Source: Podarcis vaucheri (taxonomy: Eukaryota). Taken from it: a stretch of 64,000 bases of DNA. Below, in pieces: positions 38,773-52,305 of the stretch (position 1 is its first letter; every line of letters begins with the position of its first letter). The stretch lies in NCBI GenBank assembly GCA_965113315.1, contig OZ220365.1. One strand, 5' to 3'. The position numbers and the translations under genes are program-made. The notes beneath the pieces are model-generated. The model saw only the letters and a program-made list of their open reading frames with translations, made no database searches and was not told where the DNA came from.

Positions 38773-39664
38773 TATTAATATATGTTGTGGCACAAGAGAA
38801 GCCAAAGAGAGAAAAGGAGGGCAAGAAGAAAGGAAATGACATTTTCTTTATGGCTTCTTCAATGTATGTGAAATTCATTTTCATGTCTGGCATAAGTGAT
38901 GAAACTACTTTGCAACCCTATTTGATTGTACACTAGCAGTCTGAGTCATGTATAGTTTCCTGTATACCAATAGACACATTATGAATAGTGAGTAATGGTG
39001 GAAATGATGGTACAGCCTGAAAGATGGTGACTTTCTAACACAAGGAATCAAAATTTTCACGACTTAAAATAGTTTAGCTCCACGTATACTCCACATGAAT
39101 GCTAAGCCAAAATAAATCAATTTATTTTCTTTTTCGGTAAAGGTGTGTTTACAGACGCACTCACGTGGGATTGAGTAACAACACACAAATCCTTTATTAA
39201 ACAGAAATAGCAGCAATAGACAAATAGTCTTCTATCAAAATGATACGTTTAATGGAAATTAACAACTCAGTGAATATGAATCAATAGGTTTTGAAGTACC
39301 ACTTGAAAATTATGAACCTTTCCTTTGGCACATTTAACTCCAGCCAACCATCCTATGAGTAAATTGGGCAAATAGTCTCTTTTTCTCTGTTTTTCAAAAG
39401 GCAACAGGAAGCTTTTAAATCTTGCTTTTTGTTTTTCTCACTAACCTCTGCCAGTTCTTTTCTCATGACTCACTTTCTTCAGCCACTCTTTGCAACAAAT
39501 TCCTTCATCTTCCAGATGGGTAGAGATCACACAGGTAACTTTGTGGGAAGGACTCAGTCACTGTGACACCAAAGGAAGAGGGAGCTCTTCTTGACCCTAC
39601 AACATTTCCCCTCACTGTACATTCAGAAATAGATAGTCAAGAAGTCCTTAACGTGCATGAGAAT

Positions 39665-39853
39665 CACCACAGCTCAGCAGTAGAGAATCTGCCTTGCATC
39701 CAGAAGGTCCCAGGTTCAATCCCTGTCATCTCCAGGTAGGGCTGAGAGAGAGACTCTCTGCCTGAAACCCTTGGGCACTGCTGCCAGTCCATGTACACAG
39801 TATTGAGGTAGCTGAACCAATAGTCCAACACAGTATAAGGCAGCTTCCTATGT
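39665..39853 (+). mobile_element. tRNA-derived SINE; other degraded copies at about 14570-14720, 36565-36690 and 46105-46300 (-)
   Basis: A-box agctcagcagtagag, B-box ggttcaatccc, tail gtataaggcagcttcctatgtt. Confidence 0.72.
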
Positions 39854-42389
39854 TAACAGATGTAGGTCTGAGGGGGGTACCGTTTCTTCCTCCCAACATA
39901 AAGATTTTTTGTTGAAAGAAGTACAAACTACCACCACCCCCGAACTTGAAACAGGCTTCCCAGTTCTTCCCAGGGAGCTCAGTTAAACAATCGGCTGGCA
40001 TGAGCCAACTGCTTAAAAGTGAACTTTCAAAGCATCCCACTTCAAACTAACTTTCCATAACAGCTGGGCAGCCGTTTTGAAGTAAAACACCTGAATTACC
40101 TGGAGGGCAAGATGAAATCATCTACTGTCAGAGATACTCTGCTTCTTCTGTCCTTAAAGAAGTGGTTTTGAAGACGTATGCTCTGGGATCACTGAGGAGC
40201 CATTTTTGAAAAGACAGCAGCACAAGAATTGCAGCCCCTGTTGCTGAATTTCTGTCACAATCTTTTTCAGTTTCTACAGGAGAAGAAGAAGAAGAAGAAG
40301 CCTGCTGGAACTCACATATTCCTCACATAGCTACAAGAAAATTTAGGCAAGCTCATATGCCCCTTGCTGAACAAGACAGTGTTATCCGTGGCACCAGATT
40401 ATCAGATAGTCTAATCAGAGCTGTCCCAAAATGTATTTATGCCTGAGAAAGAGAGCAGAAAATGGTGCCAGTCAAGGTGCAGAGTACCCAAGGCCAGCCA
40501 CACTATTTTGGCACCTGAGACAGAAAATCTCATGGGCACCTCCTGTATCTTGCCCTGGCAGTAAAAAAACAGTTGATGGGAAGAGTCTACTTACCTGACT
40601 CCCATCACTTTGCTGTCCAAGGAGGGCAAGGTGGTGGTGAGGTCCGTGCGATGCAAACACACTGGTGGAGCCAATCTGCCACTCCTGCCTATGTGCCCAA
40701 ACCATGCCAATTTCTTGTTCCTCCCCTCACTGTCCCAGTAGGAATGGCAGTGGTGGGAGGTTAGGGAAACAGTTCTGCCCTGCCAGCTGCTGGTGGTAAA
40801 AATTCAGTGGGTTGGATCCAGAGGAACAAGCACACAATGTTGTCCTTTCCTGCCTCTTCCAGGCCACCAATCGTGAAGCCTCCTGAAAAGGTTCCCACAA
40901 AGACCAGGGATCCCACCTGAATGGGGAAGAGTGTGATAGAGGTGGGCAGAGGGGGAAGGGAATGTGATCCTAGAAAATCAGACAGTGTCAACTTTTTGAT
41001 GAGTTCTATTTGAGATATGCAGTCAGGGTGCTCTTTCTCATCTTTTTTAAAAGTTATTAATATTTTTAAAATGTACTGATGCACAGGTACTGTTTTTATA
41101 TAAACTCAAGGTTTCCATTATATTTATGGGTACGTTTTAAAATAAGTAGATAAATAAATAATGACAGGATAATACAGCTGTTTCAGTTGAAACTGTTCTA
41201 AAAGCAGTTACAATTAAAAACATTCTTTCATCTAGTGATCTCAGGGTTGCCAGGGTCACTATTTTGCAACCATGAATGCTAGGGGAAACATCAATGCTTT
41301 CAAATTCATCCTGAAAGTTAATAATTGACATTAAGACCCCATTAAACCTTTGTACCACTATAAAATAAGAGCAAAATCACATTGTAAAGAAAGAAAACAT
41401 TGGGAAGGTCATGCTTTTGTTTGCTAATTATAATATTAAAAGAAAGATATGTTGAAATTGTTGGAGACTATTCTTCGGCCTCATTAATTTTATACCATAT
41501 GCCATTCCCCAAGGAAGTGCATATAAAATGCTCAAATGTAGGAGCAATTTGTTGTTCATCAATTTAACTTGTTCATCTGTCCAGTTCCACAGGTAATGGC
41601 TGTGCGCTTAAGTGTATTTATTCATGAAAAGTGTTATTGATTTCAGCGGTACTCACTCATTACCAAATGTGTTTAGGAATTAAGCTGATAGCTTCCATGT
41701 ATTATGAAAGTCCTATTATTGTGAGAAATGTAAAAGAAACAACCCATACCAAATGAAGGTTTTACAGAGCTGGAAAGGAGCAAGATAATATTTAAGTCAC
41801 CAACTAGTCTTGAGAAAACAATAAATTGGTAAGTTTGCTTTCTTAAAAGTCAGGATTAAAACCTGAAATTTAAAGTTGCCACCAAGCTCAACTCAGTTTT
41901 CAAAGAAATCAGGGCTGGTGAGGGGCATTATCTGACAAGCTATACAAACTGTCCCATAAAGGATGACTGGTTGTTCTAGGTCCTTCTGCTCACATACTCA
42001 TGGACTCCAGTTTCCCTTCAGCCCCAGCCCCTTTGGTCAGAGGTTGTGGATGATAGAAATGATTCATGGTAACTAATGGGTAAAACATTTTTAATGTTGA
42101 AACGTCTGATTTCCAATCACCTGTCCTCCCTCTGCACTATCCGTGTATAGGACGACTCCAAATGTTTAACATTATTTTATAAGAAGAAAACATGGTCTTA
42201 TACATGGAAAAGTACGGTATATTTTCCCATTTTCACATGTTCTTCTCTTGATAACGCTAGTTATTTATTTTAAATCTTTTATTATTTCACTCTGTGACAA
42301 AGTAATATCTTCACTGACACTTTTGGCTTTAACCAGCTTTTCAGGCTCTACTTTATTATCCTCTTTAATCCTCTTTGTATTTTTTTGTT

Positions 42390-42421
<32 letters not shown>

Positions 42422-43414
42422 AATTCTTTTTTCTTCTCTTTTCATAGATCTTTTAATCACCTAAGTCAAATGTTATTTCTAAGCCGCCATACAATTAATT
42501 CTGGAGCCTGAAATCTCCACCACCCCTTCTCTTTCCAGAGACAGAAAACTGACAGGCCTGAAGGCTGATATCTTCCATCTGCTTGAGAGAGATGACATGG
42601 AAATTGACAGTGTGAACTGCCCCACAACCAGATATAAACCACTTCAAATTAATAACTAGGGCTGTGTTCTAGATTTGGCCAGGTCACAAGCCAAATCAGG
42701 CATATTTGGAGAGACATGGACATCAGATGAGTTGGGTACAGACAGCCATGGATTGCTATATCCCAGAGCAATTGATGGCTGTCAGGGGAGATGGCATCAG
42801 ACAGGAAGGAGAGGCAGGCAGGGAAATCCTTCAAAAAGCAAAAAGCAAAAAAGCTGATACCTACTCTGGCAAGCAGTTGCAGACTAACCACCTGCAAGGG
42901 AGCACCACACAGGGTTGATGGTGCCACACCACAGCTGTTGTGTTGAGGAGGCAGCAATCTGGCTTGGTGCAGGGTTCTTGTATGCAAGCAGCTTGTCTGC
43001 TTAATTAGGTAGGGCTTAATTGAACATTTGCCCTACCCCCTAACTAATTTGGGACCAGATCCAGGGCTGGTTGGTTCATCCCCAGGTTGGTCCAGGTCAG
43101 GCTGACCTGATTTGGAGCCTGGATTAGGGCCACAGGGCAGATAGGGGGCTTGTGAATCACCCAACTTTCAAACTCCAATTTCAGAGCAGGGGTCATGCAT
43201 CTTCCTCAGCCTCAGGGCCACATTCTTTCTTGAGGATATTCCTGGGCCAGTTGCCAGTGGTGGGTAGGGCCAGAGTTAGATATGGATAGGCTAGTTTATC
43301 CACACACTCACATACTTCTATCATTCATCCTTGTCTGGTTTTGGCCCCAGTTCAGTCCTTTTGTATAAATTTCTGGGTTGTGTAAATAGAATCTTCTGCT
43401 GGAGAAACAGCATA

Positions 43415-43700
43415 ACAGACCCTCCAAGTGTCCCTATTTTCCAGGGAGAGTCCTGGATTTACAAAAGCTGTCCTGGTTTCTTATTTGATCCTGGAACGTC
43501 CCGCTTTTCCCTAGGATGTCCCTATTTTCATAGGAGAAATGATGGAAGGTATGGGGTTATCTAACCCCTGAGCCATCTGACGGCAGCCCTGCAAAGGGAA
43601 GTTTTTTAATGTTTAATACAATGAAATTATCATTATCATTATCATCATTATAGAATAGAACGTCTCTATTTTCATCAGAGAAATGCTGGAGGGTATGACA
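43415..43700 (+). mobile_element. DNA-transposon-like repeat with internal subrepeats
   Basis: Repeated tgtccctattttc motifs; homologous to 30900-31056. Confidence 0.6.
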
Positions 43701-43859
43701 TAGCCATAAGTCACACAAGCTAGCAGGTAGAGTCAAACTGTGTATATACACAATTTGTTTCCTTTGCAACATTTCCTATGATTGAAACTGCTTCTCTCCC
43801 TACTCCACCCCACAGCCAACTACATCAGACTGAGCTGATGTTCTCAAAGTGTTTTCTGT

Positions 43860-44095
43860 TGTAAGGCCAGCATCTCTTTCCTGGGTGATAATCACAGTCA
43901 ATGTGGGCCCTATTAGTGTGTTTTCCCAACATGCATCCCTTTTCTCACTTACTTAAATTGAGTCTCATCTGCTGTTCTTCCACTCAATTTTGAGCAGTCC
44001 TTGTGGAGTGCCTCATAATTTGACTGGGATTTCACCATCCTCAGTAATTGGGTGTCATCTACAAATTTGGCTGCTTGACGGTTCACTTCTGACTG
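43860..44095 (-). mobile_element. CR1 LINE RT fragment
   Basis: AAKFVDDTQLLRMVKSQSNYEALHKDCSKL (degenerate FADD). Confidence 0.75.
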
Positions 44096-46384
44096 GAATG
44101 GAAGTGCAATCAAATGGAGGCCGAATTCACATCTGCTGACAGACTGTCTGCAAAAATACCTTGGCCATGAAACCAGAATTAGAAATAGCATCCTTTGGGC
44201 CGTATAACAGTTTCCAAGTGGGCAGCCGTATTAGACTGGTGCAGCAAAAACAACAAAGTGTGGCATTTAAGGGGTCTTTGTTTAGTGGTTCTCAATGGCT
44301 GAGATGCATGGCTTGCTTCAGCCAGAAGCCATGCATTTTGTAGACCTGATTCTCTTTCAGCTGGGATTAGACAGGCTCCCTCCCTGTTGAACTTCAGGCA
44401 CTTGATAAAGACCTGTCTATTTCAGCCAGCATTTCAATGGAGTTTTCTGTTAACTGATCTTATCCACTGTGTGCTGTTTTTATTATTATTATGTACACAG
44501 CTTAGAAACTCTGGTAATTAAGTGGTTATGTAAATAGTGTAAATGAATGAATGCATAAAAGATTAGCAAATTCATGGACTGGAACTCACTTCTTCAGGAA
44601 TCATCCCCTCTATGCACATTCACTCTTCCACCTTCTGAGTGGGCATGGCCTATGCTTTTTCTCCCTACAATATGAACATTGAATCTAGAGATCTATGGAG
44701 CCCCTCTAAGAAATGTCACCAACCTTATCAAAGCCCCTTTTCTTATTGTTGTTGCTTTCCTTACAGTTCCTCATTATCCTAAGAGCTGCCATGCTTTGTT
44801 CTGCTTGATTACTTCAAAATCCCTCAGCTGTTTTATCAAGCAGAACAGTCTCAATAGCCTTGGCATTTCCCTTTGGGTGACATTTGGTAACAACTCTGTC
44901 AGGGAAAGTGTTGGATGCTCTGAAGAAGACCCAAGGCTATTGCACAGGAGCACAATGTCAATAGTAGCAGCAGTAGCAACATGATCTAAAAAACCAAACA
45001 CAACACAGAACCTCATACTTATTTCAGTGGGGTTTCCAATATGATTAATATCCTCTTCCAAAACTCTTTTCTATCAAGTTAATCATATGTAAAACACCAC
45101 CATGGCCTTTTATGAAAAGCCTTCCATTCCCTGCTAGTCATGAAAGCCGTGTCCCTATGCTGCAAGACTACCACATCGATATGTGACTCTTACTTTCAGA
45201 ATGCCCATTTGCTGAATCTGTTTTATTGTGATATCCCCAAAGCATCTGTTTATTTTATTCTAACTCCAATAATAAGCTGTGCACAGTCATAGTTTTTTGT
45301 TTTTTTTTGTTTGTCTTGTTTGTACGTTGTTGTTTTTTAAACCTTAATGTATACACATCTTTTTATAATAATAAAAAAAACCTGTAGTGAGAAGAGCAAA
45401 GATTGCTGTCTTGCTGGTATGTGTGATAAGACTGAGAATACTCTATTTGTGCAACAGAACTTATTTTCTTTTTAAAAGACCCCAATAACTCAAAGCTTGA
45501 GAATCTAGATCAAGTCTGTATTTATGTATTTGTTTTTGGCCCCTTTAAGAGATGTGATTTGAGTCTCCCACGAGCAGGGGGAAAGAAAATAACCCAGCCT
45601 GTGAGTCTCAAGAAAGAAATCCAGATATAATGTAAACCTTTGTGAGCCAGTCATCCTTCTTACGTGTGCTATATTGCATCCCAATGTACAAGCGGTGCTG
45701 GGGGAAGTTTGAATTTTAGGGGCCATTGAGCAATGGATTTCCCCCAATGCATCTCAATTATAGAAACACAAGTGCTAAATAACTTTGCACGGAGGTACTG
45801 TGAAAACACAAAGTGTTCAATAGCCCTCAAAATTTCTATTTGTTACCTGCAGTGTGTGAACTAATGGCTGTACATTGAGTGAGAATACAAAGGGATAAAG
45901 CATGTAAGGACATTTGTTCGAGACCTCTTAAAAGGTTTCCTTTTACTGCCTACTGTAGATAGCGCTGCTCTAGCATTAATGGCCAGTTCTCTATTGTGTA
46001 GCATCTCTCAAAGGGGAAAAAGATGTCCATGTTTAAATTCTGCTTGCTTTAAACAATAATATAATTGACACAGGCTGGCCAAATCGAAGCTCCTTCCGTT
46101 CCTTCTGTTAGGAAGCTGCCTCATACCAGCTCATAGTATTTGTTCATCCAGCCCAGTATCATCTACTCTGATTGGCAGTGGTTATTCCAGGTCTGAGAAA
46201 GAAGCCTTGCACATCACTTGATCCTGTATCTTTTAACTGGAGGTGCTAGGGGTTGCACCTTAGATCTTCTACATTCAAGACATACACCCTGGCCTGAGCA
46301 CCCTTCTTTGCTAGAGCATTGAAATCCATTGGACCCTGTTCAGTTTCAAGTGAAGGGTGTACAGCTAAGCAATGTGTCCTATTC

Positions 46385-46427
<43 letters not shown>

Positions 46428-46878
46428 TCTTTATTGTCATTGCCCCCTTCGGGGACAACGAAATTACTTGACTGCTCCATAAAAACACTAATTAAACAAT
46501 ACAGTATAATACAGCAAGGGAGATTAGATGACCTTCAAAGTCCAGGCTTCCCATTCAGGGCCGAGATCACTCTGGAGAAGAAGCTGTTCTTAAGACGGCT
46601 CGTTCGTGTCTTCATCGTCCTGTATCTCCGTCCCGACAGCAGGAGCTCGAAGAGACAGTGACCAGGATGCGATGGATCTTTTACTATGTCCACTGCCTTT
46701 CTATGGCACCTTGTGGCATAAATCTGCTCTAAGGTGGAGAGTGGGCAGCCAACAATGCTCTCTGCTGCCTTAACAACCCTGCACAACCCCATCCTGTCCT
46801 GGGTAGTACAGCTTCCGTACCACACACATAAGCCATAAGTGAGCACGCTCTCAATGGCACAGTGATAGAAGGCACTAC
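46385..46878 (-). mobile_element. Rex1/Babar-clade LINE 3' fragment with (TTA)n tail
   Basis: AFYHCAIESVLTYGLCVWYGSCT...IVKDPSHPGHCLFELLLSGRRYR...RLKNSFF; 3' end atttcgttg...atgacaataaag followed by a microsatellite at 46385-46427. Confidence 0.88.
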
Positions 46879-47515
46879 TCCATTTCATTTGAAATAGGAT
46901 TGTTGTTCCATTCCAAAAGAGGGAAAGGGTCAAGCTGTCCCCACATCAGGACTTATGAAAGCTGAAACAGTAACAAGAAGAAGTTTGAAGGACTCTGTAT
47001 TTTGGAGAGCTTAGGGCCGGGGAATAAAATCTTACATTTCCCCCAGGATCTGAGGAGAATCAAATGGCTTATCAGGAGCTTTTTCTGGTTTTCTTTCATG
47101 CATGGTAAATACAGTTTCATATCCTTAAAAATTATCAAGATCTACTTTGCTGCCAACTTGAATCAAATATTTTATTGGGGGGCAGGTAAGCCCTGCTCTG
47201 CATAATGCACACCATTTGAATGGCATTGCTTATCAACTTTTCAGGGGGAGCCTCCTCAAATATTTGATTAGGTCCCTTCAGCCCCTAGGAGTTGGCTCCT
47301 ATGCTGCCTACCTATCCAAATCTGAAAGAAGATACCAAGTATTTCCCCTGATCTGGTATATGCTTCCCCCTTACCAACAAAGGCTGTAGTTTTCAACACT
47401 TGCAGTTTGGATACATAAGCACTCACATGATGTATTAAAGGAAAATGATGGATCTTCTCAGATATGTGAAAGGAATCATGCCCTCTTTATAGATTGCATC
47501 TTATTGTGTGGTATA

Positions 47516-47902
47516 AAAGGTAAAGGTAAAGGTAAATGACCCCTGGACAGTTGAGTCCAGTCAAAGGGGACTACGAGGTGCGGTGCTCATCTCACTTCAG
47601 GCCAAGGGAGCAGACGTTTGTCCACAGACAGCTTTTGAGGTCATTTGGCCAGCAGGACTAAACCGCTTCTGGTGCAATGGAACACCATGACGGAAGCCAG
47701 AGTGCACGGAAACGCCGTTTACCTTCCCACCACAACAGTACCTATTTATCTACTTGCACTAGTATGCTTTAGAACTGCTAGGTTGGCAGAAGCTGGGACA
47801 GAGCAATGGGAGTTCATCCCGTCACAGGGATTCAAGCTGTTGACCTTCTGATCAGCAAGCCCAAGAAGCTCAGTGGTTTAGACCACAGCACAACCCACGT
47901 CC
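47516..47902 (-). mobile_element. Sauria SINE
   Basis: (AAAGGT)3 tail, tacctatttatctacttgcac core. Confidence 0.9.
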
Positions 47903-48519
47903 TTTTACCATTATATGGTATATCCATGGAAGAATTGGACAAAACACTTACCTCTGCCTGAAATCCAATCTATGTCAGGATTCAAATTAAATAAGCAAAA
48001 ATGTAATTTCCACTAACATTACCACAAGATTTCTGAGGGAACACATGACTAGTGTGGGACCATGACCAGTGGCCAGGGATCTTGGGAACTGTAGGGCAAC
48101 AATGTCTAAAGGAGAACACATTGGCTATCCTGATGTATTCTATCACAAAGCACACATTTAAATATATATTTTATCTCAATGTATTCATTTCCAACCCATT
48201 TTATAATAAAAAGGCAATTTTCCTGCATGTTAGTTTTTGTTAAATCATAAGCTGTAACACAAAATTTAGGGAAGTGCAAAACCTGATGGATAATTATGTT
48301 GCCATCTGTATATTAGTCAGGGAGGTGCAAATTAGGTTAGCTCGTTTAAGAATGCAAACCATGGAAAAGTCTTCCGCATCCCTGAAGAAAAATACACAAA
48401 CATACCTTGATCTGTAGTTCTGAAGATTAATCCTTATTTACAGCCAAGAAATAAATTAACAGTCACCAGGTCAAGTACTTCTGTTTCTGAAGTAAACTAT
48501 TAAAACAGCAGGTAAATGG

Positions 48520-48522
<3 letters not shown>

Positions 48523-48591
<69 letters not shown>

Positions 48592-48598
48592 TGAGAGA
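48523..48598. repeat. Compound (CT)n(CA)n(GA)n microsatellite
   Basis: Direct inspection. Confidence 0.95.
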
Positions 48599-49858
48599 GG
48601 ACACATTTGTCAGGTGCTATTGCATTCCTTCTTAGGCCTCTATGAATTTCTTTGCAAGAAAAAAGCCCACATGAATATCCTCAGATTTTGTTCATACCAC
48701 TAAAGCAGAGATTGCAAAAACCAGCAGTATGAAGCCTCTGAGGTGACTGAGTCATGGAAGATTGGTAGGATTAAGAATGTGGCATCAAGGAGCGAAGTGT
48801 GGCTACATTCATTCTTAAGACACCAAAAATTGCTTTGCTTAGGAATCAGAGCACAAAATAGGGTCAAATCCTATTCACTTTCAGCCATGTTCTAAAAGGT
48901 AAACTAGTTAGGTCCTATATAATATTGAGGTCTGAGGCACCTCAAAGGAGACATTGGGGTGGACTAATCAGTCTATTTTCAATCTGTGTTCCTTTTGCAT
49001 TATTCATTCAAAAGCCCATTAAATTTGCTCAAAAATGTGCATTTAAATATATATTTTAAGAGTGCAAGCTATCTATTCAAATGTAAGCCCCAATGAGTGC
49101 AATGAGCCTTACTCCAAGGTAATTGAGTTTAGGATTGAAGCTTAAAAGTATTTGTTTTCAAAACACATGTTGTAAAATGCATTTCCCTTTGAGATATGCA
49201 TTTAAAAAATAGTTTCTCTAAAAATACACATTTCTGAAAGCCTGTTGATGTGCTTAGTCAGGCAAAAACTACAATGGAATATTCACGAGGTGCAAAAGCT
49301 AACTAAATTGCAATGCACAGGTTTATCCTGGAGGTGCAGATCAGGTCAATTTGAACTGAAGTTTGCAAAAACCATATTCCTCAGGCCTTAAAAAACAATA
49401 ACACCATAATGTGCCATCCATTTACTATACCATTCTCACCACTAGTGTTGTATGCAGTGTGAATACCATATATTCTAAACATTTCTCAATGTTGGGTCAG
49501 TGTCTTTTTTAGTACTGAACAGAGCCGAGATGAAAAGAATAATGGAAAAACTGTTTTACACACCTATACATACAGCAGCAATGGATATCAGCCATGATAT
49601 AACCTAGCGATATCTAATTTTAATCACCTATTAAATTTTTCATTAATCAAGAGCACAGGTGTAAACGTAGCTGTTGCCAAACCGCAGATTCAATGATGTT
49701 GAAAAAATGCTCACAAAAAACCTATAAATTATGGTGTTTGGGGGGGGATGCAATATTTCTGCAATACAAGCCTACATTCAGCAGGTGCAACCAATTTAAA
49801 CAAAGTAAGTCCAGGCCATGGTGCCTTGAGTCATCCAACAGCCTAAGTGTTGCTCAGT

Positions 49859-49990
49859 CTCAGGGCTGGGGAATCTTTGTTGTTGCTAGACTCCAATTCC
49901 CATCAGACCCAGCTGGCACACCCAATGGGTAGGGATGATGGAAGCTGTAGTCCAACAACATCTGGAGAGCCGAAGGTTCCCCAGCTCCGC
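49859..49990. mobile_element. Degraded palindromic hAT-type MITE
   Basis: cagggctggggaatct...cccatca...gatgatggaagctgtagtccaacaacatctggag...ggttccccagc. Confidence 0.6.
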
Positions 49991-51172
49991 TCCATATTTT
50001 AATTTGGTTTAGTGTTTTAAAACTGTAATCCACCTGTGAAGCATCAGCAGAAAGTTGGGATATAAGTGGAATCAATCATTCAACCATGTTTGTACATAAG
50101 GTGCTCCTTAGGCAGCATAGCCACCTTCCTGTGCTGTCATGTGTGTTCATCTGTCTATGATTTTATATGGAGCATTTCCACTCTCCGCTTCACTGTAAAT
50201 TGAAATCATGCTAATCTCTAACACAGCATATTTCCAGTAGGTTCAGAAGTGGGTGGTGGTAAACATCGCTGCTCCAGGCAAGGTGACAGGGATAATTACT
50301 TGCTATAATTCACACTTAATACCTGAACACCAGAGAGAAATCATATTACGTTCTTGATCCAAAATTCTCAGCTGTGTTACATCAACTTTCGTCAGGTCTT
50401 TTTGAATTGCCAGATTTTGTCCATGCCAAATAAAGCCACCCACAAAACATTCGCAAAATATACCCTTTTTTGCAGGTTCTTTACACTCTTGTAAAACCTT
50501 CTTTGTCAGGCAGAAGGTCTGTAGCAGAGAATTTATTTATCTCTTTGCTTGTCGAAGCAATTGGCATCTGAGGTTGGAGTTCTTGGCTTAGGCAATGGGA
50601 CGAAGCATCTTCATGCTTTCAGTTTTATAATCTGGTTTACCCTTGAAGAGGATTTGTACTCGCGGCAGTTTATAAATGCTTAGGAGGCTATTCACCCACC
50701 ATTTTAAAACAGGTTCAATCCTGCTGCAGCGAGCAAGATAAATGAGTTACACCTGAAAACACATGAAGATACACATGAAAAATTGTGAAAGGCTCTTGTG
50801 GGCCGGGAAAAGATGTGATTTGTGAATGGGGAAAACAACAACTGGTGGCACTAAGTTATCATTTTCCAACAGTAACACTCAGCGTCTTGTCTCATATACC
50901 ATAGATCAGCCTTCAGCAGCCTGGTGCCCTCTGGATGTGTCAAGCTACACTGAGTTATTTGTGGGATTGCCATATTATCTCTCAAAATGATTTAGTATTT
51001 GATTGTTATTGTAATGACATATTGATTTGCATTTTTGTTGCTGGGTTGTGAGCTGCTGCATGGAAAGGGGGCATATGCATGGGAATAATAAGTAAATAAA
51101 TACATATGCCATCAATCCCAGCTGGCATGATCAATGGTTGGCAGTTACAGTCGGATGTCTGGAGAGCACCAG

Positions 51173-51751
51173 TGTCAGGAGCCGGAGTCAGGAGTAGATC
51201 AGCAATAAAAAAACCACTGGTGTCGGTGAAGTTAACTCTTCGTTCAAAGAAACTAAAACGGTGCTATGGTCATAGCAACTCTTTGCAGTAGGTCTTGTCC
51301 CAGTTGCGAGGACTGAAGGTCCCCAGCTTCCCACCTCTCTCTAAGGCTCCTTCCCCAGTTCTTTTGCCAGCACCTAAGACCTCATCCTCTTGCCTCTCAT
51401 TCCTCTGCCCTCTTCATTTCTATGTGTGTTCTGGGCGACCAGGGGGAGCTGGTCACAGCAGGAGGGGGAGACTCCCTGGATTCTTCAGCAGCCTGCATCA
51501 TCACTGTCTCCTGGCACATCTCTTGCCTCTGAGTCTGGACTGCCTTCTGCCACAGCCTCTACCCGCTCACTAAGCCCTGATACCTCTTCAGCTTCCAATA
51601 CCTCCTCCTCCCAGTCTTCTCCTCCTTCTCTCTCTGACCACTCATTGTCATCCTACCACCAACCCCCAGGCTCTGAGCCTTCTTCCCTTGGGAGGGGGGG
51701 TCTTCAGCTGGTGCCTCCCACCACTCCTCTGCATCCAGCCAGTCCATGATA
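51173..51751 (-). mobile_element. Gypsy-type solo LTR (579 bp)
   Basis: Starts TGTCA and ends ...CATGATA (decayed TGACA); 5-bp TSD accag at 51168-51172 and 51752-51756. Confidence 0.85.
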
Positions 51752-52168
51752 ACCAGGTGCTGAAAGGGTGTCCACTTCAACAGGGCAGGTGAAAAAAGCA
51801 TTAGAACAGCAAATCTCACTCATTTATTTACATCATTTCTACACTGTTTCCCCTTACCAAAGGAATCTCAAGCAGAACATTGCAATCTATCCAATGCTAC
51901 AAACAAAAATCAGGTACAAATACAATAATGATTGACATTTAAAGCAACGTCATTAACAGAAAAGCAATATGCTGTTAAACATTTTAAAAGGAAAACATCG
52001 CACATAAAAATCAAATGCAATATAGACAATAAAAGTTTCTTATATAAAGATTATTAATGACTGGACAAAATAAATGAAATAGAAGTCACATACACACAGT
52101 TCTTCTCCACAAAAAAAGTCTCCAGTAGCATTAAGCATAATTTACACCTCCATCTAGTCACTCTACAG

Positions 52169-52305
52169 CAGGCATCCCCAAACTCGGTCCTCCAGATGTT
52201 TTGGGACTACAACTCCCATCATCCCTAGCTAACAGGATCAGTGGTCAGGGATGATGGGAACTGTAGTCCCAAAATATCTGGAGGGCCAAGTTTGGCGGGT
52301 GCCTG
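52169..52305. mobile_element. Complete palindromic hAT-type MITE (137 bp)
   Basis: TIR caggca.ccccaaact / agtttggcgggtgcctg; 8-bp TSD ctctacag at 52161-52168 and 52306-52313. Confidence 0.92.

Noticed and set aside
39143-39604. Possible minus-strand solo LTR (also about 21500-21900)
   Set aside because: A poly(A)-signal-like motif is present, but no convincing paired termini or TSD.
44900-44985. Minus-strand acceptor followed by MLLLLLLTLCSCAIALG, like a signal peptide
   Set aside because: Stops after 26 codons with no donor; probably low-complexity chance.
48401-48490. Minus-strand AG...GTATGT exon candidate
   Set aside because: Stop codons in the frames examined and no supporting evidence.
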